Shown: piece after piece, positions 29,269-42,702 of the stretch | Layout of the letters: the number at the start of each line of letters is the position of its first letter | Numbering within the stretch: position 1 is the stretch's first letter | Assembly (NCBI RefSeq): GCF_009914755.1 | Contig: NC_060927.1 | DNA length: 64,000 bases | From: the human T2T-CHM13v2.0 reference genome, Homo sapiens | Strand: one strand, 5' to 3' | Position numbers and translations under genes: made by a program | The notes under the pieces: generated by a model | What the model saw: the letters and a program-made list of their open reading frames with translations, nothing else | Database searches by the model: none | Told to the model about the DNA's origin: nothing

Positions 29269-32200
29269 TCAACTTCCACTTATGAGTGAGAACATGTGGT
29301 ATTTGGTTTTCTGTCCTTGTGATATTTTGCTGAGAGTAATGGTTTCCAGCTTCATCCATGTCCCTGCAAAGGACATGAACTCATCCCTTTTTATGGCTGA
29401 ATAGTATTCCATGGTGTATATGTGCCACATTTTCTTTATCCAGTCTATTATTGATGGACATTTGCTAAGTCCATCCAAGTCTTTGCTATTGTGAATAGTG
29501 CCGCAGTAAACATACGTGTGCAGGTGTCTTTAGATTTGCATGATTTATAACCCTTTAGGCATATACCCAGTAATGAGATTGCTGGGTCAAATGGTATCTC
29601 TAGTTCTAGATCCTTTAGGAATCACCACGCTGTCTTCCACAATGGTTGAACTAATTTACACTCCCACCAAAAGGGTAAAAGTGTTCCTATTTCTCCACAT
29701 GCTATCCAGCATCTGTTGTTTCCTGACTTTTTAATGATCACCATTCTAACTGGCGTGTGATGGTATCTCATTGTGATTTTGATTTGCATTTCTCTAATGA
29801 CTAGTAATGATGAGCATTTTTTCATATGTTTGTTGGCTGCATAAATGTCTTCTTTTGAGAAGTGTCTGTTCATACACTTTGCCCACTTGTTGATGGGGTT
29901 GTTTTTTTCTTGTGTATTTGAGTTCTTTGTAGATTCTGGATATGAGCCCTTTGTCGGATGAGTAGATTGCAAAAATTTTTTCCCATTCTGCAGGTTCCCT
30001 GTTCCCTCTGATGATAGTTTCTTTTGCTGTGCAGAAGCTCTTTAGTTTAATATGTCCCATTTGTCTATTTTGGCTTTTGTTGTCATTGCTTTTGGTGTTT
30101 TAGTCATGAAGTCTTTGCCCATGCCTATGTCCTGAATGGTACTGCCTAGGTTTTCTTCTAGGGTTTTTATGGTTTTAGGTCTTACATTTAAGTCTTTAAT
30201 CCATCTTGAGTTAATTTTTGTGTAAAGTGTAAGGAAGGGATCCAGTTTCAGCTTTCTACATATGGCTAGCCATTTTTCCCAGCACCATTTATTAAATTGG
30301 GAATCCTTTCCCCATTGCTTGTTTTTGCCAGGTTTGTCAAAGATGAGATGGTTGTAGATGTGTGGTGTTATTTCTGAGGCCTCTGTTCTGTTCCATTGGT
30401 CTATATATCTGTTTTGGTAACAGTACCATGCTGTTTTGGTTACTGTAGCCTTGTAGTATTGTTTAAAGTCAGGTAGTATGATGCCTCCAGCTTTGTTCTT
30501 TTTGCTTAGGATTGTCTTGGCTATGCAGGCTCTTTTTTGTTTCCATGTGAAATTTAAAGTAGTGTTTTCCAATTCTGTGAAGAAAGTCAGTGGTAGCTTG
30601 ATGATGATAGCATTGAATCTATAAATTACTTTGGGTAGTATGGGCAATATGGCCATTTTCACGATATTGATTCTTTCTATCCATGAGCATGGAATGTTCT
30701 TCCATTTGTTTGTGTCCTCTTTTATTTCGTTGAGCAGTGGTTTGTAATTCTCCTTGAAGAGGTCCTTCACATCCCTTGTAATTTGGATTCCTAGGTATTT
30801 TATTCCCTTTGTAGTAATTGTGAATGGGAGTTCACTCATGATTTGGCTCTCTGTCTGTTCTTGGTGTATGGAATGCTTTTAATTTTTGCACATTGATTTT
30901 GTATCCTGAGACTTTGCTGAAGTTGCTTATCAGCTTAAGGAGATTTTGGGCTGAGATGATGGGGTTTTCCAAATATAAAATGATGTCATCTGAAAACAGA
31001 GACAATTTGACTTCCTCTTTTCCTAACTGAACACCCTTTATTTCTTTATATTGCCTGATTGCCCTTGCCAGAACTTGCAATACTATGTTGAATAGGACTG
31101 GTGAGAGTGGCATCCTTGCCTTATGTTGATTTTCAAAGGGAATGCTTCCAGTTTTTGGCCATTCACTATGATATTGGCTGTGGGTTTGTCGTAAATAGCT
31201 CTTATTATTTTGACCTACATTCCATCAATACCTTGTTTATTGAGAGTTTTTAGCAACAAAGGCTGTTGAATTTTGTCGAAGGCCTTTTGTGCTTCTATTG
31301 AGCTAATCATGTGGTTTTTGTTCTTGGTTCTGTTTATGTGATGGATTAAGTTTATTGATTTGTGTATGTTGAACCAGGCTTACATCCCAGGGATGAAGCT
31401 GACTTGATCGTGGTGTATGAAGCTGACTTTATCATGGTGGAATCGTGGTGGATGTGCTGCTGAATTCGCTTTGCCAGTATTTTATTGAGGTTTTTTGTAT
31501 CAATGTTAATCAGGGATATTGGTCTAAAATTCTCTTTTTTTGTTGTGTTTCTGACAGGCTTTGGTATCAGGATGATCCTGGCCTCATAAAATGAGTTGGG
31601 GAGGATTTCCTCTTTTTGTATTGATTGGAGTAGTTTCAGACGGAGTGGTACCAGCTCCTCTTTGTAGCTCTGGTAGAATTCGGCTGTGAGTCCATCTGGT
31701 CCTGGACTTTTTTTGGTTGGTAGGCTATTAATCATTGCCTCAATTTCAGAACCCATTATTGGTCTATTCAGAGATTCAACTTCTTCCTGGTTTAATCTTG
31801 CGAGAGTGTATCTGTCCAGGAATCTATCCGTTTCTTGTAGATTTTCTAGTTTATTTGTGTAGAGGTGTTTGTAGTTTTCTCTGATGGCAGTTTGTATTTC
31901 TGTGGGATCGGTGGTGATATCTCCTTTATCACTTTTTATTGCATCTATTTGATTATACTCTCTTTTATTCTTTATTAGTCTTGCTAGTGGTCTATCTATT
32001 TTGTGGATCTTTTCAAAAAACCAGCTTCTTGATTCGTTGATTTTTTGAAGTATTTTTTGTGTCTCTATCTCCTTTAGTTCTGCTCTGATCTTAGTTATTT
32101 ATTGTCTTCTGCTAGCTTTTGAATTTGTTCGCTCTTGCTTCTCTAGTTCTTTTAATTGTGATGTTAGGGTGTCAATTTTAGATCTTTCCTGCTTTCTCTT

Positions 32201-33108
32201 ATGGGCATTTAGTGCTATAAATTTCCCCCTACACACTGCTTTACACGTATCTGAGACATTCTGGTATGTTGTGTCTTTGTTCTCCTGGTTTCAAAGAACA
32301 TCTTTATTTCTGCCTTCATTTCGTTATGTACCCAGTAGTCATTCAGGAGCAAGTTGTTCAGTTTCCATGCAGTTGTGTGGTTTTGAGTGAGTTTCTTAAT
32401 ACTGAGTCCTAATTTGATGGCACTGTGGTCTGAGAGACAGTTTGTTGTGATTTCTGTTCTTTTACATTTGCTGAGGAGTATTTTACTCCAATTATATGGT
32501 CAATTTTAGAATAAGTGTGCTGTGGTGCTGAGAAGAATGTATATTCTGTTAATTTGGGGTAGAGAGTTCTGTAGATGTGTTTTAGGTCCACTTGGTCCAG
32601 AGCTGAGTTCAAGTCCTGGATATCCTTGTTAATTTTCTGTCTTGTTGATCTGTCTGATATTGACATTGGAGTGTTAAATTCTCCCATTATTATTATGTGG
32701 CAGTCTAAGTCTCTTTGTAGGTCTCTAAAAACTTGCTTTATGAATATGGGTGCTCCTGTAATGGGTGCCTATATATTTAGGTGAGCTCTTCTTGTTGAAT
32801 TGATCCCTTTACCATTGTGTAATGGCCTTCTTTGTCTCTTCTGATATTTGTGGGTTTAAAGTGTGTTTTATCAGATAGTAGGGTTACAACCCCTGCTTTT
32901 TTTTGCTTTCCATTTGCTTGGTAGATCTTCTTCCATCCCTTTATTTTGAGCCTATGTATGCCTTTGCATGTGAGATGGGTCTCCTGAATACAGCACACCG
33001 ATGGGTCTTGACTCTTTATCCAATTTGCCGGTCTGTGTCTTTTGATTGGGGCATTTAGCCCACTTACATTTAAGGTTAATATTGTCATGTGTGAATTCGA
33101 TCCATCAT
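29269..33108 (-). pseudogene. Disrupted L1 ORF2 (endonuclease, [12 protein letters not shown]-terminus)
   Basis: ORF fragments 32777..33088, 32409..32687, 31352..31756, 30832..31113, 30042..30839 and 29622..29972. Confidence 0.92.
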
Positions 33109-33179
33109 TATGATGCTAGCTGGTTATTTTGCCCATTAATTGATGAAGTTTCTTCATAGCATCAATGGTTTTTACAATT

Positions 33180-34195
33180 TGTCATGTTTTTGCAGTGGCT
33201 GGTATCAGTTGTTTTTTTCCATGTTTAGTGCATCCTTCAGGAGCTCTTGTAAGGCAGGCCTGGTGGTGACAAAATCTCTCAGCATTTGCTTGTCTATAAA
33301 GGATTTTATTTCTCCTTCACTTATGAAGCTTAGTTTGGCTGTATATCAAATTCTGGGTTGAAAATTCTTTTCTTTAAGAATGTTGAATATTGACCCCCTC
33401 TCTTCTGGCTTGTAGGGTTTCTGCTGAGAGATCCACTCTTAGTCTGATAGGCTTGCCTTTGTGGGTAACCTGGCTTTTCTTTCTGGCTGTCCTTAACATT
33501 CTTTTCCTTCATTTCAACCTTGGTGAATCTAATAATGATGTGTCTTGGGGTTGCTGTTCTTGAGGAGTATCTTTGTGGTGTTTTCTGTTATTTCCTGAAT
33601 TTGAATGTTGGCCTGCCTTGCTATGTTGGGTAAGTTCTCCTGGAGAATATCCTGAAGAGTGTTTTCTAAGTTGTTCTATTCTCCCTGTCGCTTTCAGGTA
33701 CACCAATCAAAAGTAGATTTGGTCTTTTCACATAGCCCCATATTTCTTGGAGGATTTGTTTGTTTCTTTTCACTCTTTTTTCTCTAATCTTGCCTTTCAC
33801 TTTATTTCATTAATTTGATCTTCAATCACAGATATCCTTTCTTCTGCTTGATCAAATTGGCTATTGAAGCTTGTGAATGCTTCATAAAGTTCTTGTACTG
33901 TGGTTTTCAGCTCCATCAGGTCATTTAAGGTCTTGTCTACACTGGTTATTCTAGTTAGCCATTCATCTAACCTTTTTTCAAGGTTTTTAGCTTCCTTATG
34001 ATGGGTTAGAACATGCTCCTTTAGCTCGGAGAAGTTTGTTATTACCGACCTTCTGAAGCCTACTTCTGTCAACTCGTGCAACTCATTCTCCATCCAGTTT
34101 TGTTCTCTTGCTGGTGAGGAGTTGTATTCCTTTGGAGGAGAAGAGGTGTTCTGGTTTTTGGAATTTTCAGCCTTTCTGCTCTGGTTTCTCCCCAT
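33180..34195 (-). pseudogene. Disrupted L1 ORF1
   Basis: ORF 33797..34195 (132 aa, coiled-coil N-terminus), then a stop and frameshifts. The lower boundary is approximate. Confidence 0.9.
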
Positions 34196-35207
34196 CTTTG
34201 TGTTTTATCTACCTTTGGTCTTTGATGTTGGTGACTTACGGATGGGGTTTTGGTGTGGATGTCCTTTTTGTTGATGTTGATGCTATTCCTTTCTGTTTGT
34301 TAGTTTTCCTTCTAACAGACAGACCCTTCTGTTGGAGTTTGCTCAAGGTCCAGTCTAGACCCTGTTTTCCTGGGTATCACCAGTGGAGGCTACAAAACAG
34401 CAAATATTGCTGCCTGATCCTTCCTTTGGAAGCTTCATCTCAGAGGGGCTCCTGCTTGTATGAGGTGTCTTTCAGCCCCTACTGGGAGGTGTCTCCCAGT
34501 CAGGCTACACAGGGGTCAGGGTCCCACTTGAGTAGTCAGTCTGTCCATTATTGAAACTCAAACGCCTTTCTGGGAGAACCACTGCCCTTTTCAGAGATGT
34601 TAGGCAGGAACGTTTAAGTCTGGAGAAGCTGTCTGCTGCCTTTTGTTCAGATATCTGAACAAAGTGGTGGAATCTAGAGAGGCAGTAGGCCTTGCTGAGC
34701 TGAGGTGGGCTCCACCCAGTTTGAGCTTCTCTGCTGCTTTGTTTACACTGTGAGTATAGAACTGCCTACTCAAGCCTCAGCAATGGCTGACGCCCCTCCC
34801 CTCACCAAGCTCCAGTGTCCCAGGTAGATCTCAGACTGCTGCGCTAGCAGCAAGCAAGGCTCCGTGGGCATGGGACCGGCCCAGCCAGGCACGGGAGGGA
34901 ATCTCCTGGTCTGCTGGTTGTGAAGACCATGGGAAAAGTGCAGTATTTGGGCAGGAGCATACCATTCCTCCAGGTACAGTCACTCACAGCTTCCCTTGGC
35001 TAAGAAAGGAAAATCCCCTGACCCCTTGCACTTCCTGGGTGAGGTGATGCCCATGCCCCACCCTACTTTGGCTCGCCCTCCATGGGCTGCACCCACTGTC
35101 CAACAAGTCCCAATGAGATGAACCAGGTACCTCAGTTGGAAATGCAGAAATCACCCATCTTCTGTGTCAATCTCACTGGGAGCTGTAGACCAGAGCTGTT
35201 CCTATTT

Positions 35208-35217
35208 GGCCATCTTG
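35208..35217 (-). promoter_or_regulatory. YY1 site of the L1 5' UTR promoter
   Basis: CAAGATGGCC on the minus strand at the L1 5' end, the established YY1 position. Confidence 0.75.
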
Positions 35218-35345
35218 GAAGTGACAAAAATATACTGTTGATCTAGGATGATGGGTAGCTAAACTGACAAAGGAAAGACAATAGGATCCAAATGAAAGCA
35301 CATATTCAGCCTGAGATATGTAGTGAAGAATTTAGAGTTAGTAAG

Positions 35346-35819
35346 TGATTAATTCAGGGCCTTCAAGAGCCAGATGCCATGGTGGGATTAGAAGTGTAAG
35401 TAATTTATTGGGAGAGATGATGGTGAAGGATAAAGGGGAGAGTTGGGCACAGATGAGAAGAGTCTTCAGACTGCGATGCAGGTCTGACACCTGTGAAATG
35501 AGAGAAAAGGCAGGAAAAGTGGGTAGGAGAGCATCAGTCTGCAGTGTATCTGAGAGTGTCTTGACCAGGCCCATGTGGAGTCCCTCACAAGGTTGACTGT
35601 TGAAAGAGCTGGATTGTTAGAGCATGAGGCTGAAATAGCTCATCCCTAATATCCTTGTCATGCCCAATTATTGGCCCAAGCAGCCTAACCAAGTAGGGCT
35701 TTGGCCTGAGTGTGGCAGAGAATGTTCAGGTGCTGCAGGTGGGGGCTTTAAGTCAACTGTGCTCACCACAGCAGGTTATCTTGAAGGGAGATCTGAGGTG
35801 CACACATTCATGGCCAGCA
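35346..35819 (-). mobile_element. LTR16A-like ERVL solo LTR
   Basis: ttcagactgcgatgcaggtctgacacctgtgaaa...cttgaagggagatctgag; poly-A signal as tttatt at ~35404. Confidence 0.82.
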
Positions 35820-36103
35820 TGGTCATCTTGGTTATGTGTTTTACTCTATCCACGCTTATTGCTCTGATGTTTGTAAGGAGGAAGTGATATGTTACATGTA
35901 GCTCTGACAACTTCTAGGGTAGAAATATGAAGGGAAAGAGGTATAAACAAATGGAAGCATACACAAAGCAGTTATAATGAGGAAACACTGAATGTAAGCT
36001 GGCTATGGAAATGAGTACCAGAGGGGACTGAAGTTCAGTTATTAATTCCTTAATTTTCTTTACAAGTTTATTTTCTGAGTATAAAAGGGCTTTATCATGT
36101 CAT

Positions 36104-36104
36104 G

Positions 36105-36140
<36 letters not shown>

Positions 36141-36162
36141 TACATACAGAGAGAGAGGGAGA
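36104..36162. repeat. (CA)n(TACA)n(GA)n compound microsatellite
   Basis: Read directly. Confidence 0.92.
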
Positions 36163-36849
36163 AATAAACAATTTCAAAAATTTTCTATGTAAGTATTTAC
36201 ATATGACTTAGGTATGAGAGGAGAGATATAAATGTGCTATTCTCTGGTTAAGTTCCAATTCCCATATGTTTCTTAAACTTTTAAACACGCTGAGTTTGAT
36301 TGCAGCATTGATCCCAAATTCCATGGAAGTACTTCATTAGATGCTCAAATGGAGAGGACACATCCAATGTAATGATCTTGTTATAATGGGAGATAATATG
36401 CCATTCTGCAAAGTAATGTCTTACTGGGAGAATTTGAAGGGTACTTTGAACTCTAGGGATTTATGCTTCATTCACTGACTTTGGGATTAAATCCCAGTGT
36501 AAGATCCTTGACTTTGGAATTGAATCTCTAGTGCAGTCTCTGCACTAGGGACTACTCCTCGGTTACCTCTTAGTTTGCCTCCAGTTGCATATTTAGATAC
36601 CCTGTTCCCTGAGTGAATATTCTGGAACTAGCAAATTCACATATATCTGTGGCTTTTCCCACCACATAACAAGTTCTAACCCCTGAATTTGTCTGCAGTT
36701 TTTTCCTCTTTGTGCTGGGTATATCCTCTCAGTTCTTTTCCCACTTCAATGGATAGGTTTAGTTTCAAATATGGTCCTTCTTCAATATAGCTTGTCCTGC
36801 TCCAATTAACAAAGCCATGCTTGGCTATGTCAGCAATATAAACAAGTAA

Positions 36850-37100
36850 ATAATAATTATGATCACTACCATTATCACTAGTAAGTGAGAGCAGCTATTC
36901 TCTGCTCTGAGAGCTTTAAGCAATAGTCACATTCAATTCTTATAACCATACTATAGTATTTTAATACTATTATTATCTCTATTTTATTGATGAAAAAAAT
37001 GAAGCCCAGATTATATGATGTACCTAAATTTATACAGTAAATGGTAGCCACGGAGAAACCAGGTAGACTTCAAATTCTCTGTTTTAATTAGTCTCTTAAC
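36850..37100 (-). mobile_element. MIR SINE
   Basis: tactattattatctctattttattgatgaaaaaaatgaagcccaga resembles the MIR core. Confidence 0.65.
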
Positions 37101-38988
37101 ACTCTTAATGCTGGACACTGAATATCTGAATTTATAAATGCCTGATACCCATATTTTCAGTATACTCACAGATTTATCTCCTCTTAAATTTCTCCATATT
37201 AGTAGAGAAATTGCACTGTCTACTTATAGAAAAAATAATATTCCTATGTCTATACAAGGCCATCATTAGGTAGTTGTTGATTTCTTTCAGGTGCTGAATA
37301 CATGTCTTAGTGCTTACATTTATTGATGCCTCAGGGCAACTTTTCTAGTTATAGCTACAATCATAACCATCAAACAGAGGTGTATGTAATTTTTTTCCTT
37401 ATGGTTTTAAGTCCTAAGTTCATTACAATTGTTCCTATAGGCTTAAGGCTTTTCACATCATAAAGCTAGTCTCTTCAATCAGGAACAGAAAGAACTCTTC
37501 TGCAGTACGATATATACCTTCAGATGTGGATGCTGAAATAAGCAATATACTTGTTAAAAGATTTTTACCTTTTTATCTGATTCTTGGTCACTCCAACAGT
37601 TATGCTTTCCAAAACTCTATTGAAAAATTAGTTACTTAAAATTACTTTGGGTGAAAAGAAAATGAAAACTTTAGTAATGTCAGTGATAGTTTTTCACTGC
37701 AGAAGTAAAGCAATCATCTGTCTGAGACACTGCCTGTTTCTTTAACACATTTCTCTCCATAGGTTGTAGCATTTATTTCTGAATGTCATAAGGAAATAGG
37801 TTACAGCATTTATGTCAAGAATTTCATTTTAAGTAAATTATTTTAATTGATAAAATTAGACACAGCATTTTTCTTGCTTTGCCTCATAATCTGTGGAGCA
37901 ACTGAGAGTATTCATTTTACTGTAAACAGAAGACATTTCTACCACTTAATTAAATATAATATGTTATATAGGAGTATTAATTTCACTGATAAGTTTTTGC
38001 AAAATTCAAGGTATCACATTAACTTTTCACAGGAATTCAAATGAACAAAACAATATGAGAAAATAATATTGGAAGAGTATAGGAATTAATTTTGAAGGAA
38101 AGGTATAATGGAAAATTATTTTTAAACTTGGAAAATATTTCTCCTGTCAACGTATATTTACCATTTTAAAAACTTTTTCAAATTTGCCATGAATAAGCAG
38201 AGTATGAAAAAAAGTTGAAAGAAAGAAGTACTTTTATTACTGTACTTTATGTCCCTTACTTACTATGCAACTAATATTGAATTAGCAAATCAAGTAAAAA
38301 GGAAGAAAAATAATTATACAGCTAATACAGAAGTGCTCAAAATTAACTATACTCTTGGGAAGATAATTTTACTTCCTATATGCAATAAATTATCTAACAG
38401 GTTCTCCATTTAAAGTCTTTCATATCTGTTTCTTCCTTTGCATTGTTAATATCTTATTCAGATTTTGATAACTTCACATTTAGATAACTTCAATCGGCTT
38501 AAATTTATATTTATGGCCACCAAATTCTTGCTATTTTTAAAGTGCTTCTCAGTGCATATTTTAAAAATATCACTTTTATTTGGTTGTCCCTGTTTAAAAC
38601 TCCTTATCCCTCAGTTCCAATGCAGTCCCATTTGATTGACCTGCTATGCAAGCACTCTAGCAAAGTCAACTTCTCTCTGGATAACCACAGATATTATGAT
38701 CAGTGCTGTTGCTATTGCTTATGTTGTTCCTAAGAAAAGCCAAGTGCTTCCTTTCCTTTTTGCCCAACACCCTACTCATTTTCTCCACAAAATCTCACTC
38801 ATTTGACTTATCTCTGTTAAGATATCCTCTTACCTGAATTCCTAAACCCATCTATATTGTATAATTTCAAACTGAACTCTTGTTGCTTCATGTACCATAT
38901 TATTTCTCTATAATTATAAACACTCAGTAATACATATATAACAAAGTAATAATCTTTTTGTTAAAATATACTAGCATGCAGTTTAAGA

Positions 38989-39450
38989 TGTGAAAGGAAA
39001 ATAAATCTTGGGTCCCCATAATCACTAAGCTAAAGATAACAGTCAAGCTGGGAATTGCTTGGGGCAAACCGGCTTTCCATGCTATTCAAAGGCATCCCTC
39101 TGCTCACTGAGATAAATGCATATCTGATTGATTGCCTCCTTTGGAAAGGTTAATTAGAAATTCAAAAAAATGCAACCATTTGTTGTTGCAACCTATAACC
39201 TGGAAGCCCTCTCTCCACTTCAAGTTGTCCTGCCTTTGCTTCGAGTTGTCCTTCCTTTCTGGCTCAAAACAATGTTCATCTTACATATATTGATTGATGT
39301 CTCCTGTTTCCCTAACATGTATAAAACCAAGCTGTGCTTGGACCACCTTGGGCACATGTCATCAGGACAGGCACTCATCCTTAACTTTGGCCAAAAAAAA
39401 AGCCACTTTCTAAATTGACTAAGGCTTGTCTCAGACATTTGGAGTTCACA
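38989..39450 (+). mobile_element. MER4A1-like ERV1 solo LTR with 4-bp TSD
   Basis: tgtgaaaggaaaataaatcttggg...gttcaca; AAGA at 38985-38988 and 39451-39454. Confidence 0.9.
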
Positions 39451-39703
39451 AAGATGAGTGGTTAAAATGCTCATAAAGGTGTTCACAATTTTTGTAGATT
39501 TTTATAGATTAATACACATGGAATTAGCAACATCTTATTTATTCAATTCTTCCAAGTAAAATCTAGCAAGATATCATTCTATTTTAAAATTCAAAAATTG
39601 ATAACTAAGTTTGCATATCACACATCCAAAATTTCATAAGCTGAGTAAAATTTTTAGCAAAGTTTTAATTGATTCTCTTAATTTAATATCAAATTATAGC
39701 ACT

Positions 39704-42388
39704 CATATTGGTCCATTTTCACAGTACTATAAAGAACTACCTGAGATTTGGTAATTTATGGAGAAAACAGGTTTAATTGACTCACAATTCTGCAGGCTGT
39801 ACAGGAGGCATGGCTGGGGAGGCCTCAGGAGACTTACAATCACTGCACAAGTCGACAAAGAAGCAAGTATGTCTTCACATGGCTAGCAGGACAGAGAGGG
39901 AGAGAGCGAGTGAGGTGCTACACACTTTCAAACAACAAGATCACATGAGAACTCTATCATGAGACAGCACTAGAGGGATGGTGTTAAACCATTAGAAACC
40001 ACCCCCATTATTCAATCACTTCCCACTAGGCCCCACCTTCAACACTGGGAACTGCAATTCAACATGAGATTTGGGTTGGGACACAGAGCCAAATCATATT
40101 ATTCCACCCCTGGCCCCTCTCAAATCTCATGTTCTTCTCACATTTCAAAACACAGTCATGCCTTCCCAACAGTCCCCCAAAGTCTTAATTTGCTCCAGCA
40201 TCACTTCAAAAGTTCCAGTCTGAAGTCTCATCTGAGAGAAGACAAGTTCCTTTCACCTATGAGCTGTAAAGTTAGAAACAAGTTAGTTACTTCCAATATA
40301 CAATGGTGGCACAGGCATTGTGTAAATGTTACCATTCCAAAAGTGAGACATTGGCCAAATCCAAGGGGCTATGGGCCCTACACAAGTCCAAAATCCAGCA
40401 GGGCATTCATTAAACTTTAAAGCTCTAAAATAATCTCCATTGACTCCATGTCTCACATCCAGGCAACACTGATGCAAGGGGTGGACTCCTAATGCCTTGG
40501 GCAGCTCTTCCCTGGTGGCTCTGCAGGTTACAGCCCCTGCAGCTGCTTTCGCTGGCTGGCATTGAGTACCTGTGGCTTTTCTAGGCACTGGAGGCAAGCT
40601 ATTGGTGGATCTACCATTCTGGGGTCTTGAAGACAGTGGAGGACAGTGGCCCTCTTCTCAGAGGTCCACTAGGCAGTGCTTCAGTGGGGATTCGGTGTGG
40701 AGGCTCTCCAACACCACATTTCCCCTTTGCACTGCCCTAGTAGAGGTTCTCCATGAGGGCTCCACCTCTGCAGCAGATTTCTGCCTGGACATCCAGGCAT
40801 TTCCATACATCCTCTGAAATCTAGATAGAGGCTCCCAAACTTCAATTCTTGCCCTCTGCACACCCTCAGGCTTAACACCCTGTGGAAGCTTCTAAAGCTT
40901 GGGTGTTATACCCTCTGAAGCAGTGGCCCGAGTTGTACCTTGGCCCCTTTTAGTCATGGCTTGAGCTGGAGAAGCTGGGATGCAGGGTGTCATGTCTTGA
41001 GTCTGCATAGAGCAACATGTCCTTGGTTTTGGCCCATTAAACCATTCTTCCCCTGAGGCCTCCAGTCCTGTGATGGGAGGGGCTTCCGTGAAGGCCTCTG
41101 AAATGCCTTGGAGGCATTTTCCCCATTGTCTTGGATTTTAACATTTAGCTCCCCTTTACTTATGCAAATTCCTGCAGTTGATTTGAATTCCTCCCCATAT
41201 AATGTTTTTTTATTTGTTTTTGTTTTTGTTTTTGTTTTCCTACCATGTGGTCAGGCTGCAAATTTTCCAAACATTTACACTCTTCTTCCCTCTTAAATAT
41301 AATTTCAAATTTCAGACCATCTCTTTTCAAATGCATATTAGTATAGCTGTTAGAAGCAGCCAGGTTACTTCTTGAACATTTTGCTGCTTAGATATTTTTT
41401 CCACCAGTTACCCTAAATCAATCTAGTCCAACCTATGGCATGTAGGCTGCATGTAGCCCCAGATGACTTTGAATGTCGCCCAACACAAATTCATAAACTT
41501 TCTTAAAATATTATGAGTTTTTTTGTGATTTTTTTTTTTAGTTCACCAGCTATTGTTAGTGTTAGTATATTTTATGTGTGCCCTAAGACAATTTTTCTTC
41601 TTCCAATGTGGCCCAGGGAAGACAAAAGATTGGATACCCCTGCCCTAAATAATCTCTCTCAAATTCAAAGTTCAACAGATCTCTAGAGCGGGGGCACAAT
41701 GCCACCAGGCTCTTTGCTAAAGCATAGAAAGAGTGATCTTTGCTCCAGTTCCTGATAAGTACCTCATCTTCATTTGAGATCACCTCATTCTGGACTTCAT
41801 CATCCATATCACTATCAGAATTTTGGTCACAACAGTTTAACAAGTCTCTCGGAAGTTCCAAACTTTCCCTCAGCTTCTCTTCTTCTAAGTCCTCCAAACT
41901 GTTCCAACCTCTGCCCATTACCCAGTTACAAAGCTGCTTCCATATTTTTAGTTATCTTTATAGCAATTCCCCACTTCTCTGGTACCAATTTTTTGTATTA
42001 GTCTCACGCTGCTATAAAGAACTACCTGAGGCTGAGTAATTTATGAGAAAATAGGTTTAGTTGACTCACAGTTCCACAGGCTGTACAAAAGTCATGGCTA
42101 TAGAACAGGAAACTTACAATCATAGTAGATGGTGAAGGGGAAGAAAGCATCTCTCCACATGGCTGGCAGGAGAGAGAGAGAGAGAGTGAGTGAAGAAGGA
42201 GGTGCTACACACTTTCCCACAACCAGATATCTTGAGAAATCTATCACGAGACAGCACTAGGGGGATAATGCTAAACCATTAGAAACCACCTCCCTGATCA
42301 AAACACCTTCCATCAGGCCCCAACTCCAACACTGGGAATTACAATTCAACATGAGATTTGGGTGGGGACACAGAGCCAAATCATATTA
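39704..42388 (-). mobile_element. MSTA MaLR provirus: LTR 39704-40101, internal region, LTR 41994-42388
   Basis: Two MSTA-like LTRs share the end acacagagccaaatcatatta; tggtacca junction at 41980; MaLR ORF remnants (GRGWNSLEDLEE...). Confidence 0.92.
41419..41642 (-). mobile_element. MER30 hAT-Charlie MITE inserted in MSTA-int, with 8-bp TSD
   Basis: caatctagtccaacc...aaaagattggatacccctg; CCCTAAAT at 41411-41418 and 41643-41650. Confidence 0.92.
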
Positions 42389-42397
42389 ATGCTCAAC

Positions 42398-42702
42398 TTT
42401 TCTTTTCTTTCTTTTTCTTTTTTTGTTAGATAGGTTCTCACTCTGGCACCCAGCAAGCTGGAGTGTAGTGGCATGATCTTGGCTCAGTGCAGCCTCTACC
42501 TCCTTGGCTCAAGGCAGCCTTTCACTTCAGCCTCCAGAGTAGCAGGCACATGGCACCATGCCTGGCTAAATGTTTGCATTTTGTGTAGAGACAAGGTCTC
42601 ACTATGTTGCCCAGGCTAGTCTTGAACACCTGGGCTCAAGTGCTCCTCCTGCCTCAGCCTCCCAAAGTGCTAAGATTATAGGCATGAGCCAGAATGACTG
42701 GC
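42398..42702 (-). mobile_element. AluJ-type SINE
   Basis: Full dimer; ctatgttgcccaggctagtcttgaacacctgggctcaag. Confidence 0.92.

Larger units (their letters stand above)
29058..35225 (-). mobile_element. Full-length L1PA6/PA7-like element (~6.2 kb)
   Basis: 5' end ggccatcttggaagtgac; ORF1 N-terminus MGRNQSRKAENSKNQNTSSPPK; ORF2 endonuclease TILTLNVSGLNAPIKR...CIQETH; 3' UTR at ~29070. Candidate TSD AATATACTG at 29047-29055 and 35229-35237. Confidence 0.96.

Noticed and set aside
30042-30839. 265-aa ORF (and the 199-aa ORF at 15416..16015) as functional genes
   Set aside because: Both are fragments of frameshifted L1 ORF2.
36476-36551. Two short hairpins (tgggattaaatccca; ctagtgcag-tct-ctgcactag) as an ncRNA or terminator
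   Set aside because: Short stems with no RNA family features; plausible by chance or local duplication.
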